A DNA stretch of 64,000 nt from Acidobacteriota bacterium (GTDB lineage: Bacteria; Acidobacteriota; UBA6911; RPQK01; JAJDTT01), in the NCBI GenBank assembly GCA_965217775.1, contig CBDCJH010000002.1:5728001-5792000 (forward strand), in the 5' to 3' direction. Below the pieces are notes generated by a model, which saw only the letters and a program-made list of their open reading frames with translations, ran no database searches and was not told the DNA's origin. Shown here in pieces: positions 55,318 to 64,000 of this stretch (within the stretch, counting starts at the first letter, position 1; each line of letters opens with the position of its first letter). A program made the position numbers and the translations under genes.

Positions 55318-57191
55318 GTGAGTAGGACGTTCGTTCGATACCATCTGTTGCCTGTGTTTGGGCATAGGGTTCGAAACTTGGCGGAACTCCTCGCCTGGCT
55401 CCTGACGGGGGTCGGCAGCGCGGCCCCAAACCCGGTTGCGATTCACATCGAAACGCCCATGCCGCCGCCCGCGTGGGCCCTGCAGCAGCGGGAGCTGATC
55501 CGCGCCAATACCAGAGCCTGCCGGGAGTTCTTCCGGAAATACTTCGATGACCGGGGCTATCTGCTCTGCGTCGAGCGTTGGGGCGCCGCCGACGGTCCGG
55601 ACGACGCCATCGAAAACGTGGCCGACTGGCCGATCCTTCATGCCCTCGGGGCCCCCGACGATGTGCTCCACATGTACAAGAAGGCCTGGGAAGGACATCT
55701 TCGGCAATACACGGAAGCCAGAACGGTGCAGGTTCCCCTGGCGCGCCAGGGGATGTACTACCAGGAATTCCCGGTGATGTTCGACTGGTATCACATCGGC
55801 GAGATCCTTCGCGTCTTCAACCTGCAAGGACTTTCCGATCCCGGTGACGAGGCCTTCGGCAGGCGCGTGAGACGTTATGCGGGCTTCTACCTGAACGAGG
55901 ATCCCGGGGCCCCCAACTACGACCCGGAACACAGGATCATTCGGAGCTACTTCAACGGCAGCCGCGGGCCGCTCCTGCGCAACACGACGGCAGTGGACTG
56001 GGCGGGGGATCCCTTCGAACCTTTCGAGGGTGTTCCCGCTACCTACTACCAGAGGTTGCTCGCCACCTACGCGCACTACAGCGAGACCCTGGGGGACCAT
56101 CCCATGAACCTGGGCGCCACGACGCTCGCTGCCAACGCCTACGTGCTGACGGGCGAGGAAAAAACAAGAAGTGGCTGTTGGAGTACGTCGACGCCTGGGT
56201 GGCCCGGACCCGGGAAAATCAAGGGATCATCCCCAGCAACATCGGCACGGACGGCCGTATCGGCGGAGCAGCCGGCGGCCGATGGTACGGTGGGACCTAC
56301 GGCTGGGCCTTCACCTTCAAGAACCCGGAGACCGGCGCGTTCAGCCATTACAATCGCGTCGGGCGCGGCCTGATCGGATTCGGGAACGCCTACCTGCTCA
56401 CCGGGGACCGCCGCTACATCGAAGTCTGGACCTCAATGATGGACAAGATCAACTCCCACCGGGGCGGCATGTACGGAGCGCCCGGGGCTCAACTGGGAGC
56501 CACGGCGGGAGCTTTCCCCAGGATGCATGGGGACCAGGGATGGTACGCCTTCACGCCGGGCCGGTGGTCGGAGGGAGCGCTGGATTGCTACTTCTGGACC
56601 TGCGACGCCAGGGATCGAGAGCGGGTTCCCGCCGACGAATGGATACGCTATCTCCAAGGGGAATCTCCCGAGTACCCGGAACGCGCACTGCGAGCCGACT
56701 TTCGGAATATCCGCAGCAAGATTTCCGCCATGCGAAAGGACCGTTCCACACCGCGCACGCGACTGTCCAACGGTCCGACGCAGTACAACCCCGTATCCAT
56801 CTCCTCGCTGCGCCAGCAGATGCTGGCCGGTATCGACCCCGGCCGGGGCGGCGCCCTTCTGCACTGCCGCTTGAGGTACTTCGACCCTGAACGCCGCCGG
56901 GCGGGCATCCCCGAGGACGTGGCGGCCCTGGTCGACGAGATGACCGACACCCGGGTGTCAGTGACGCTGGTCAACGTCAACCAGGTCGAGGCTCGGGAAC
57001 TGCTGGTACAAACCGGCGCCTATGGGGAACACCAGTGCCGGAGCGTTGAGTTGGACGGCCGGGAGTTCCAAGTCTCCCGGTCCTGGTTCCGGCTCCGCTT
57101 GGAACCGGGATGCGGAGCCCGAATCGTCGTCAACAACACCCGATATGCCAATGATCCCACGCTCCTCTTCCCTTGGGATCGAGAGCTTTGA
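55318..57191 (+). pseudogene. Frameshifted paralog of 35628-37583
   Basis: Homology switches frame at 56159-56165 (TGEEK / KKWLLEYVDAW; the paralog has TGDEKYRRW); a single-base loss, real or a sequencing error; start uncertain. Confidence 0.8.
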
Positions 57192-57213
57192 TCCACCGGA
57201 AAGAGAGTCCAGG

Positions 57214-58203
57214 ATGAGCATCAGTATGACCCGCCGCGAATGGTTGACTGCCGGCGCCCTGACCCTCTCGGCGCCCAGGATGGTGCTGGGAAGGAGCCCG
57301 AAGTCCATGCACGGAGCCTTCATCATCCTCGCGACTCCCTATACCGAGTCCAAGGAGGTCGATTTCGAGGATCTGGCCGCGGAAGTCGAATTCCTGGACC
57401 GCTCCGGTGTCCAGGGCATGGTCTGGCCCCAGAACGCCAGCGAGCTTCGCTACCTGAGCCGTGAAGAGCGAATGAAGGGCATGGAAGTGCTGGCTCGAGC
57501 GGCTCGCGGCCGATCGCCGGCGTTGGTCCTGGGGGTCCAGGGGCGGAACACGGAGGCCATGCTGGAATACGCTCGCCATGCCGAATCTCTGAATCCGGAC
57601 GCCCTCATTGCCATTCCACCCACCGAAGCGAAGTCGCTGGACGATTACCGGGAGTACTTCGCGGAGTTGGGACGCCTCACCCGGCGGCCGGTCTTCATCC
57701 AGACGGGAGGAGGCGCACCCGAAATCGGTGTCACCGCCGAGTTCGTTCTGGAGACGGCCCGCAAGTTTCCCAACGTGGGCTATGTCAAGGACGAACACGA
57801 ATTGGGATTCGAGCATTTCGAAAGAAAGCGAAAGCTTGCCCAACACAGCCCGGACCCGATGAAGAGCGTCCTCACCGCGGGGCGGGCCCGGGCCTGGACC
57901 TACGAGATGCGCCTCGGGGCCCACGGCATCATGACGGGCGGTCCCATGTATGCGGAAGTCTACGCACTCATCTGGCGGCTGTATCAGGAAGGCGAACGGG
58001 ACCGGCTGCGGGAGGTCTTTGGCAAGCTCCTGATGATGACGATCCTGGAGCAGCACATCCCGGGAGTGAAGCCCTACATGATGAAGCGGCGCGGACTCTT
58101 CAAGACTTCGGTCTCCCGGGTCTGGGACAAGGTCCTGACGCCGGCCCAGGTCGACGAGATCGAGTACAAGTTCAAGGGGCTCCAACCCTATCTGAATGGA
58201 TAA
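57214..58203 (+). CDS. Dihydrodipicolinate synthase (DHDPS/NAL) family protein with Tat-like signal
   Basis: TRREWL signal; ATPY, VDFEDL, GYVKDE Schiff-base Lys; QNASE in place of GTTGE. Confidence 0.85.
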   Translation: MSISMTRREWLTAGALTLSAPRMVLGRSPKSMHGAFIILATPYTESKEVDFEDLAAEVEFLDRSGVQGMVWPQNASELRYLSREERMKGMEVLARAARGRSPALVLGVQGRNTEAMLEYARHAESLNPDALIAIPPTEAKSLDDYREYFAELGRLTRRPVFIQTGGGAPEIGVTAEFVLETARKFPNVGYVKDEHELGFEHFERKRKLAQHSPDPMKSVLTAGRARAWTYEMRLGAHGIMTGGPMYAEVYALIWRLYQEGERDRLREVFGKLLMMTILEQHIPGVKPYMMKRRGLFKTSVSRVWDKVLTPAQVDEIEYKFKGLQPYLNG

Positions 58204-58270
58204 TCTCGATTTGCCTCCGGGGCGGCGGGGAAATCAGGCTCCGGATATGTGACGTGAAGCCCGCTGACGG

Positions 58271-59593
58271 TCAGGGTCGAACCGTGATCCGGCGTGCTTC
58301 GTACAGCGTCTTCATGTCCCGCAAGAAATGCTCGCTGTCGTTTTCCCAGATCCGTAGCGTTTCGCCCAGCGATTTCCCCGGCAACACGAATCGATACGAA
58401 AGCACCACGCATGAAGCGGGCCCGGTGGCTGCGATCTGGGTGTACCCTTGCGTCAGCGGCTCGGCGATCTTGCGGGGCCGGCTCCAGGTATATCCCTTGT
58501 CGGGACTGAACATGACGTAGTCTCCGGCCGCTGCCGAAGGATCTTCTATCCCGACTTGGCTCTTGTAGCGCTTCTGATAGTCGGCGAGACCCGCGGGATA
58601 ATACCCGCCGTTGGGATCCTCCCAGTAGATGTACCGCATCGGGCGCCAGCCGAAGCTGCAGACCAGAATCCCGTTGCCCAGCAGAGTGATTTTCGGCTGT
58701 AGGCCCAGTGTCTCCAGAGAGACCGGCTCGCTCCAGGTCTGTCCTCCGTCCAGGGAACGGCACTGAAATAGCGGCGCGTAGCGGCCGGTTCGCATGATCA
58801 CCAGCAACTCGCCGCCGCCGAAATCCGCGATGGCCGGCTCGCAGAAACTCTCCTGCCCGGTCTTGCCGTCGTAGGCGATGGTCGAGAGATACTCCCAATT
58901 CTTGCCGTCATCGTTGGAGGACAACATGTAGGTGCGGTACATGGGCGCCACGCCCAGTTTGGTCTCGAATCCGCTGATGGGCACATCGTCGCCGACGAAG
59001 TTGCCGTAGGAGAGCGCCAGCAGTGTTCCGTCCGACAGCTCATGGGCGAGATCGACGATGGGAGCTTGGAACACGGTCTTGTAGTCGTCACCGATTACAG
59101 GCTTGAACCGGGGCACTGAGATGACGGTTTCCCGCCAGGATTCGTCGTTTATGTCCTCGAAGTCGCCGAGTCCGTTCAATGTCAGATGCCCGGCGAGGAA
59201 GATCCCTGGCCGTTCTGACGGTTTCGCGCCGCGCTTCAGAAGATAGAAGGAGCCGTCCCGCCGCTGCAGCGTCTGAAATCGGGAGATCGGAACCTGCTGC
59301 TTCTGCCAAGTGAGACCGCCGTCGGTGGAACGCAGAATCTTGTCCGTCGTCCCACTGAGGATGATGGAGTCGTCGAGCAGTTTGAGCAGCAGCGTGTGGC
59401 GAAAGTAGTAGGGGGGCGCCGCCCCTTCTTCATGCACGATGGAGGGCTCGGAGACGGTCGCCGAAGTGACTGCGGCCCGGGAATGAAGCAGCATCGGTTT
59501 CTCTTCTGGCGGGGCTGCCGACCCGTGAGCGCCGGCAAAGCCAATTCCGAGCAGGCAAGTCAGCAACAGAGTCCCGGTCACTGGAACAGACAT
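58271..59593 (-). CDS. Exported sialidase-like BNR-repeat protein
   Basis: Signal peptide; Asp-boxes STDGGLTW, SNDDGKNW, SLDGGQTW, SPDKGYTW. Confidence 0.8.
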   Translation of the reverse strand: MSVPVTGTLLLTCLLGIGFAGAHGSAAPPEEKPMLLHSRAAVTSATVSEPSIVHEEGAAPPYYFRHTLLLKLLDDSIILSGTTDKILRSTDGGLTWQKQQVPISRFQTLQRRDGSFYLLKRGAKPSERPGIFLAGHLTLNGLGDFEDINDESWRETVISVPRFKPVIGDDYKTVFQAPIVDLAHELSDGTLLALSYGNFVGDDVPISGFETKLGVAPMYRTYMLSSNDDGKNWEYLSTIAYDGKTGQESFCEPAIADFGGGELLVIMRTGRYAPLFQCRSLDGGQTWSEPVSLETLGLQPKITLLGNGILVCSFGWRPMRYIYWEDPNGGYYPAGLADYQKRYKSQVGIEDPSAAAGDYVMFSPDKGYTWSRPRKIAEPLTQGYTQIAATGPASCVVLSYRFVLPGKSLGETLRIWENDSEHFLRDMKTLYEARRITVRP

Positions 59594-59638
59594 GGTTTCC
59601 TTCCTCGCTGTCCGATTGAGAGGGAACGCACCGTGAGT

Positions 59639-62440
59639 CTATCTGAAGGTGAAACCGTAGAGCCGGGCTTGACCGGCGAGCCGGAAGCGGAGCCGCAGCG
59701 TTCCCGGCAGCGGACGCTGAATCCCTTGGCTGGAGGTCCACCGTACCGGGACCGCCACTCCATCCTGGTTCAGGACTTCACCCGTGGCCAGCACCTTCCG
59801 GGCACCGATCAACTCGACGGCGATTCGGCCCGCGTCACCGGATAGCCCTTCGGCGTTCACCTCAAGATCCGGAGGATGAGAGTCCCCGGTCAGAGGAATC
59901 GTGGTGAACCAGCCCGAGTCCTTCCCTTCAGCCACTTCCAGGCTCACCCACCCGTCTTGCCGAATTGTGGCCAGCCCGGTCTCCATGGGAAGATCGATCC
60001 AGTCGTGGAGCGGCCCGATGCTCACCGGGCTGCCCGAATAGTAGAGCCACAACTCGTCATCCACCCGTATCGGAAGATCTGCAGGGGAGATCCAGCCGGC
60101 ATCCCAGGTCCCGGGTGGCCCCAATGCGACGGCGGGGACACCGTCGAAGACATGGACGAAATGGCGGCCGTCCCGGCTCATCGCCAGTTGTTGGGGACTC
60201 AACTGCAGAGCATCCCAGGCATCGAACAGGCCGACGTAGAACTGGCCCTCGATCCAGACCGACATGGCGTGCTGCTCCACCTCGGATCCGGCCCGCGGCT
60301 GCAGAATTGGATTTTGCGGATCCGGCGTCCATCGGATCAGGTCGGGGCTCCAATACCGGCAGGTCCGGCGAGTGTAGCGCGGAGACAGCAGTCCGGTGCC
60401 GAAACAGTGACGGCCGAAGACCTTCCAGCGGCGTGCCGGATCCGTTTCCAGTTCGTCATGGAAAAGGTTTCTCCGATCACCGAAACGGCCCGGATTTGTC
60501 CCGCCTTCAGGGAGCCGGTCCGGGTTGACCAGCACCCCTTCGGTCCACCGATAGCCGTCCGCCGAGTAGTGGAGGCGGTTGCCACCCGTGTGGTCCACCA
60601 GCGCCTTGTAGCGCTGCTCCGAATCAGGTTCCCGCTCGTCCTTCACCACCATGGCCCAATGGCCGCTCGGCCGGTAAGCGAAGTCCACAATATTGTTCTC
60701 GTTGGACCCCCGGTACTCAACTTGGTTCAGGACGGGCTTGGCCCAGCGGATCCCGTCCTCGCTCTCGGCGTAACCGACTCGATAGCCTCCGGAAATCCTG
60801 CCTTTGAGGGACGCCCTGTCGGTGCCCGAGTACCACATTCGAAACCGGCCGTCATCGAGTAGAACTTCTCCGTAGGCGATGGCCCTGCCGTCGTCCCAGC
60901 TTCCAGCCGGACTGGTGCGCAGAACCGGGTTGGCCGGGTGCTTCCGCATGGGGTGGAAAGAGCGCTTCAGGCCGTCGAGACCGCTCACCTCCTGCATATC
61001 CAGGAACAATACCCTTCGACCGGGCGCCGGTTTCAGGTCGGGAACCTTCAAGCCGTCGAAGTAGACACCTCCGTCGGGGCCTCGGGTGGAGAGGGCCATC
61101 CCCAGAGTTCCGGCGTGCCGGCCCCGGCCTCTCCCCACGGTGTGGAAATGACTCAGGGAAGGGGCTCGCGTCGCCTCTTCGTGGGATACCGGATCTCCGC
61201 CGACCGTCCGGCCCGCATACGGCGCGCCGAACCGGGAGCCAAGCCAACGGGAGTAGAACGTATGACTCCGGGTCGTATTGGTCCAGAACACCCACCCCAC
61301 GTCATGTTGGTCTCGAACCAGGATGGGATGATGGGTGTGCTCCTGTCCCGTGTGCAGTCCCTGGACCGACCAGGTTTCGCCGTCGAAGAAGGCATAGAGG
61401 ATCTGATGCTCCACCTTTTCCCAGGCCACCAGCGCTTGCCGGCCCCAACCGATGACGCTGTGGCTGACGAAACCGGTTCCGTTCCAGGGGACCCAGAGGG
61501 CGGAGGCGGCAAAATCGAGTTGACGTCCGAAATCCTCCACGAAGTTGGGAAATTGGAGGTAAAAGAGATGGTTGAAGCCCTCTCTTGACGACGTCAGATG
61601 CAACGTGCCGAAGCGGTCCAGATCGGCGGCCGGGGCGCCGAAGTCGCCAGGTCGGGTCAGCCGCCGGCGGATCCACTCTCCATCCCTTGGTGAGGTGGCC
61701 CAGAGTTGCCGGGCGGGCCGGCGGGCTCGTCTCGAATAGTGTTGTCCCTGGTCCTGGACCGCATAGATGGTCTCGGAAGACGTTTGGACGACCTGACTGT
61801 AGAGAACCCAGGGCCGTCCCCCGGCGTCGGACACAAGATCTCCCAGTTGGACCCCTTCGCCCTGGTCGAGCCTTTCCGGGCCCGGGGTCCTGCCGTCGGC
61901 CCGGGTCCACTCTTTCTTCTGGGACAGATTGGCGGAAGGGTCCTCGTCTCCGACGGGGCAGCGGGCATACCAGATCCCTTCAGGCTCGGAACTCTGAAAG
62001 ACCAGATGCAGAACGTCGTCCCGGTCGATCACGAGGCTTGCTGTCCGGGCCCCCCGAAACGGGCCGGTCAGGACGGACTGGCTCGATCCTCCGGCAACCA
62101 CTACGGAGGAGTGAAAATCACCGGCAAATTCCGGTTCGGCGCCTTTGGACACCGACAGGTGGATTGCGGGGGCTCCTCCGGCGGCGCCGTCGTGGGCCAG
62201 GAACCAGATTCCCTTGGAGTTGCTGGCGATCTGTCGTCCGTTGGTTCGAGGGAAAGGAGGAACTCCGTTGTGGCTACCCGTACGCAAGGTCAGGACCGCG
62301 CTCGCGTCGGCCATGGACCAGAACATGCAAACGGAGAGAATCATTCCACGTGCACAAGCGCGGGTCCGGGCCTTGACCGAAGCAAGAGCCCCTCTCGCGG
62401 GAATGAATTCTTCGGCGCAATCGGCGCGACGTGGAATCAT
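59639..62440 (-). CDS. Large exported protein: N-terminal propeller plus GH32/GH43/GH130-like five-bladed propeller
   Basis: KHPANPVL, WDDG, FRMWYSG, YAESEDGIRW.KP, WLYYSG, GLA..R.DG; start uncertain. Confidence 0.7.
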   Translation of the reverse strand: MIPRRADCAEEFIPARGALASVKARTRACARGMILSVCMFWSMADASAVLTLRTGSHNGVPPFPRTNGRQIASNSKGIWFLAHDGAAGGAPAIHLSVSKGAEPEFAGDFHSSVVVAGGSSQSVLTGPFRGARTASLVIDRDDVLHLVFQSSEPEGIWYARCPVGDEDPSANLSQKKEWTRADGRTPGPERLDQGEGVQLGDLVSDAGGRPWVLYSQVVQTSSETIYAVQDQGQHYSRRARRPARQLWATSPRDGEWIRRRLTRPGDFGAPAADLDRFGTLHLTSSREGFNHLFYLQFPNFVEDFGRQLDFAASALWVPWNGTGFVSHSVIGWGRQALVAWEKVEHQILYAFFDGETWSVQGLHTGQEHTHHPILVRDQHDVGWVFWTNTTRSHTFYSRWLGSRFGAPYAGRTVGGDPVSHEEATRAPSLSHFHTVGRGRGRHAGTLGMALSTRGPDGGVYFDGLKVPDLKPAPGRRVLFLDMQEVSGLDGLKRSFHPMRKHPANPVLRTSPAGSWDDGRAIAYGEVLLDDGRFRMWYSGTDRASLKGRISGGYRVGYAESEDGIRWAKPVLNQVEYRGSNENNIVDFAYRPSGHWAMVVKDEREPDSEQRYKALVDHTGGNRLHYSADGYRWTEGVLVNPDRLPEGGTNPGRFGDRRNLFHDELETDPARRWKVFGRHCFGTGLLSPRYTRRTCRYWSPDLIRWTPDPQNPILQPRAGSEVEQHAMSVWIEGQFYVGLFDAWDALQLSPQQLAMSRDGRHFVHVFDGVPAVALGPPGTWDAGWISPADLPIRVDDELWLYYSGSPVSIGPLHDWIDLPMETGLATIRQDGWVSLEVAEGKDSGWFTTIPLTGDSHPPDLEVNAEGLSGDAGRIAVELIGARKVLATGEVLNQDGVAVPVRWTSSQGIQRPLPGTLRLRFRLAGQARLYGFTFR

Positions 62441-62447
62441 CGAGCCG

Positions 62448-63998
62448 TCAACGATAGGTGATCCAGATGGGGGAGGACCAGGCCACATGCCCGTCGTCCT
62501 GTTGGAGACGGACGTAATAGAAGTGGGTTCCGGGCTCCGGGTCCGTTTCCAGAAAGGAGAAGTCGACCCGGCTCCGGCCCGGCTTTCGGGTGTAGACGAC
62601 CCGGTTGTCCCGGATCAGGACGACGTCGGCAACCGGCCCGGTTCCCTCGGCGTGAACCCGGAGCGTGGGACCCGAATCGGCGTCGAAGGCATCCCCCATG
62701 ATGTGGGTGCGGCCACCCTCTTCCGCCCTGAAATCGAGGACGATGTTGTCGGTGGCGGCGTAGGCGTGGCGCCGGCGCATGGCGTCCATCAACCCTTCGG
62801 CGTCGAAGCGCTCGACCAGCAGGCAGGCGTAGGAGTAGTGGGTGGACCAGTGATCGGAGCTGGCCTGCACTCCCAGCCGGTACCCCTTCTCCCAGGCCTT
62901 CCAGACAAAGCCTTCCTCCAGGTAGCCGCCCCGATGGGTGGAGGCATCTTCCCGAACCGCCGCGAGAGGAGCTCCCGGACGTTCGTAGGAGGTCCGGTCC
63001 CCCTGGAAGATCTCCACCAGCGGCTCCACGTCCCCGGCATGGTCCCGCCAGTCGGTCCCCATGGTGGGGGTTCCGGAAGTGTGGGGCATGGAGAGCCCCT
63101 GGTACTTCCTGAGGTAGTCGTAGAGTACGTCGCCCGTATCGACGGCTCCCGAACGCTCCCGGGGTCCGGCCTGGAGTACGGGCGCTCCTCTACCGGCAAA
63201 GACCACGTTCCGGTGTCCGTTGGGGTAACCCATGTTCCGCTCGTATCCCAACAGCGGAACGAACCTGCCGGGGAGGTGGAAACGCTGGATCGATTTCTGG
63301 GTCTCCCACCAGACATACTCTCCCGGGTAGTGGTCGGTGACGGCCAGAAAGTCCAGTGAGGCGGCGTCCAGGGCGTAGCGGTAGGTCTCATGGAGTGAAC
63401 CGTCCAGTGTGCCGTCACCGGAGTAATCGGTGTGCCGGTGCATGTCTCCCCGGACGATCCGGTAGGTCCTCTCGTCCAACTCGATGCGGTAGGAGCGGAT
63501 CCGGTCGAGGTCGCCCGGCTCGTCCCGGTGGTAGGGTTCGACGGGTTCTTCTCGAGGCTGGTGATTTCTCAGTTCAGACACCTCGCCGGCGCGGGGTAGT
63601 TCCAGCCGCCCCACCACCACGTCTTCCTGCAAGGTTCTGGAGTCGGGAGAGGCGCGGTGGATCGATCGGTGGTCCGTAAGCCACGCCATCCATAGAGTTC
63701 CATCCGCAGAGGCATCCAGTGCCAGGGGCATGTCCAACCGCCCCATGCTCCGGGGAAGGACGAAGGGAGTGGACCAGGAGGAACCCTGGTAGAAGACGGC
63801 GTAGGCCTCCCAGCCCGGCCGGTTCATGGATCCATCCCCGGCAGTCGTTTCCTGGTGGCGAAAGAAGAGCCACATACGTCCTCGGCGGTCCCAGAACAGC
63901 CGGGGCAGATCATTGTCGTTTCGAAATCGGATCTGGTGGGATTCTGGCGGACGGCGAAGCCGCAATCCGCTCCGCGAAAGATCGGAGAAATGGTTTTC
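62448..63998 (-). CDS. PHP-fold metallohydrolase (DUF3604/CehA-McbA-like), 5' end outside the window
   Basis: GDMHRHT..S.DG, AVTDH, GHRN, ASSDH, FYYVR..Q.DG..AWSSPIW; frame open to the right edge. Confidence 0.8.
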   Translation of the reverse strand, partial: ENHFSDLSRSGLRLRRPPESHQIRFRNDNDLPRLFWDRRGRMWLFFRHQETTAGDGSMNRPGWEAYAVFYQGSSWSTPFVLPRSMGRLDMPLALDASADGTLWMAWLTDHRSIHRASPDSRTLQEDVVVGRLELPRAGEVSELRNHQPREEPVEPYHRDEPGDLDRIRSYRIELDERTYRIVRGDMHRHTDYSGDGTLDGSLHETYRYALDAASLDFLAVTDHYPGEYVWWETQKSIQRFHLPGRFVPLLGYERNMGYPNGHRNVVFAGRGAPVLQAGPRERSGAVDTGDVLYDYLRKYQGLSMPHTSGTPTMGTDWRDHAGDVEPLVEIFQGDRTSYERPGAPLAAVREDASTHRGGYLEEGFVWKAWEKGYRLGVQASSDHWSTHYSYACLLVERFDAEGLMDAMRRRHAYAATDNIVLDFRAEEGGRTHIMGDAFDADSGPTLRVHAEGTGPVADVVLIRDNRVVYTRKPGRSRVDFSFLETDPEPGTHFYYVRLQQDDGHVAWSSPIWITYR

Positions 63999-64000
63999 CA

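Overview
High-GC bacterial chromosomal window; gene content and Tat-exported hypothetical families suggest an Acidobacteriota-like host (inference). 1-14.4 kb is housekeeping/envelope: cdaA-cdaR-glmM-mfd, two SurA/PpiC chaperones, tatA-tatC, an S41 protease and an MltD-like lytic transglycosylase, interrupted by a damaged TnpB-only element. 14.5-31 kb holds a DRE-TIM enzyme/Ptb/AckA operon, transporters and oxidoreductases. 31-42.4 kb is a plastic region, and the rest is a run of exported beta-propeller, alpha/alpha-barrel and hydrolase genes. The strongest observation is an intact IS110 bridge-recombinase element (32216-33805) inserted into a 158-bp MITE. An empty copy of the same MITE at 40256-40413 lets the target, donor and CT core be read directly, and all four guide segments of the bridge RNA can be mapped by eye. 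The left end is unusually long and carries nested duplications that start at the CT core. Other notable items: a TnpB element with an internal deletion, subterminal inverted repeats and a 10-bp flanking direct repeat; a DUF1640/CCDC90-like gene with a 33-bp repeat array in an apparent tandem duplication; and GTAG-type REPs. All calls come from manual motif reading; no searches were run.
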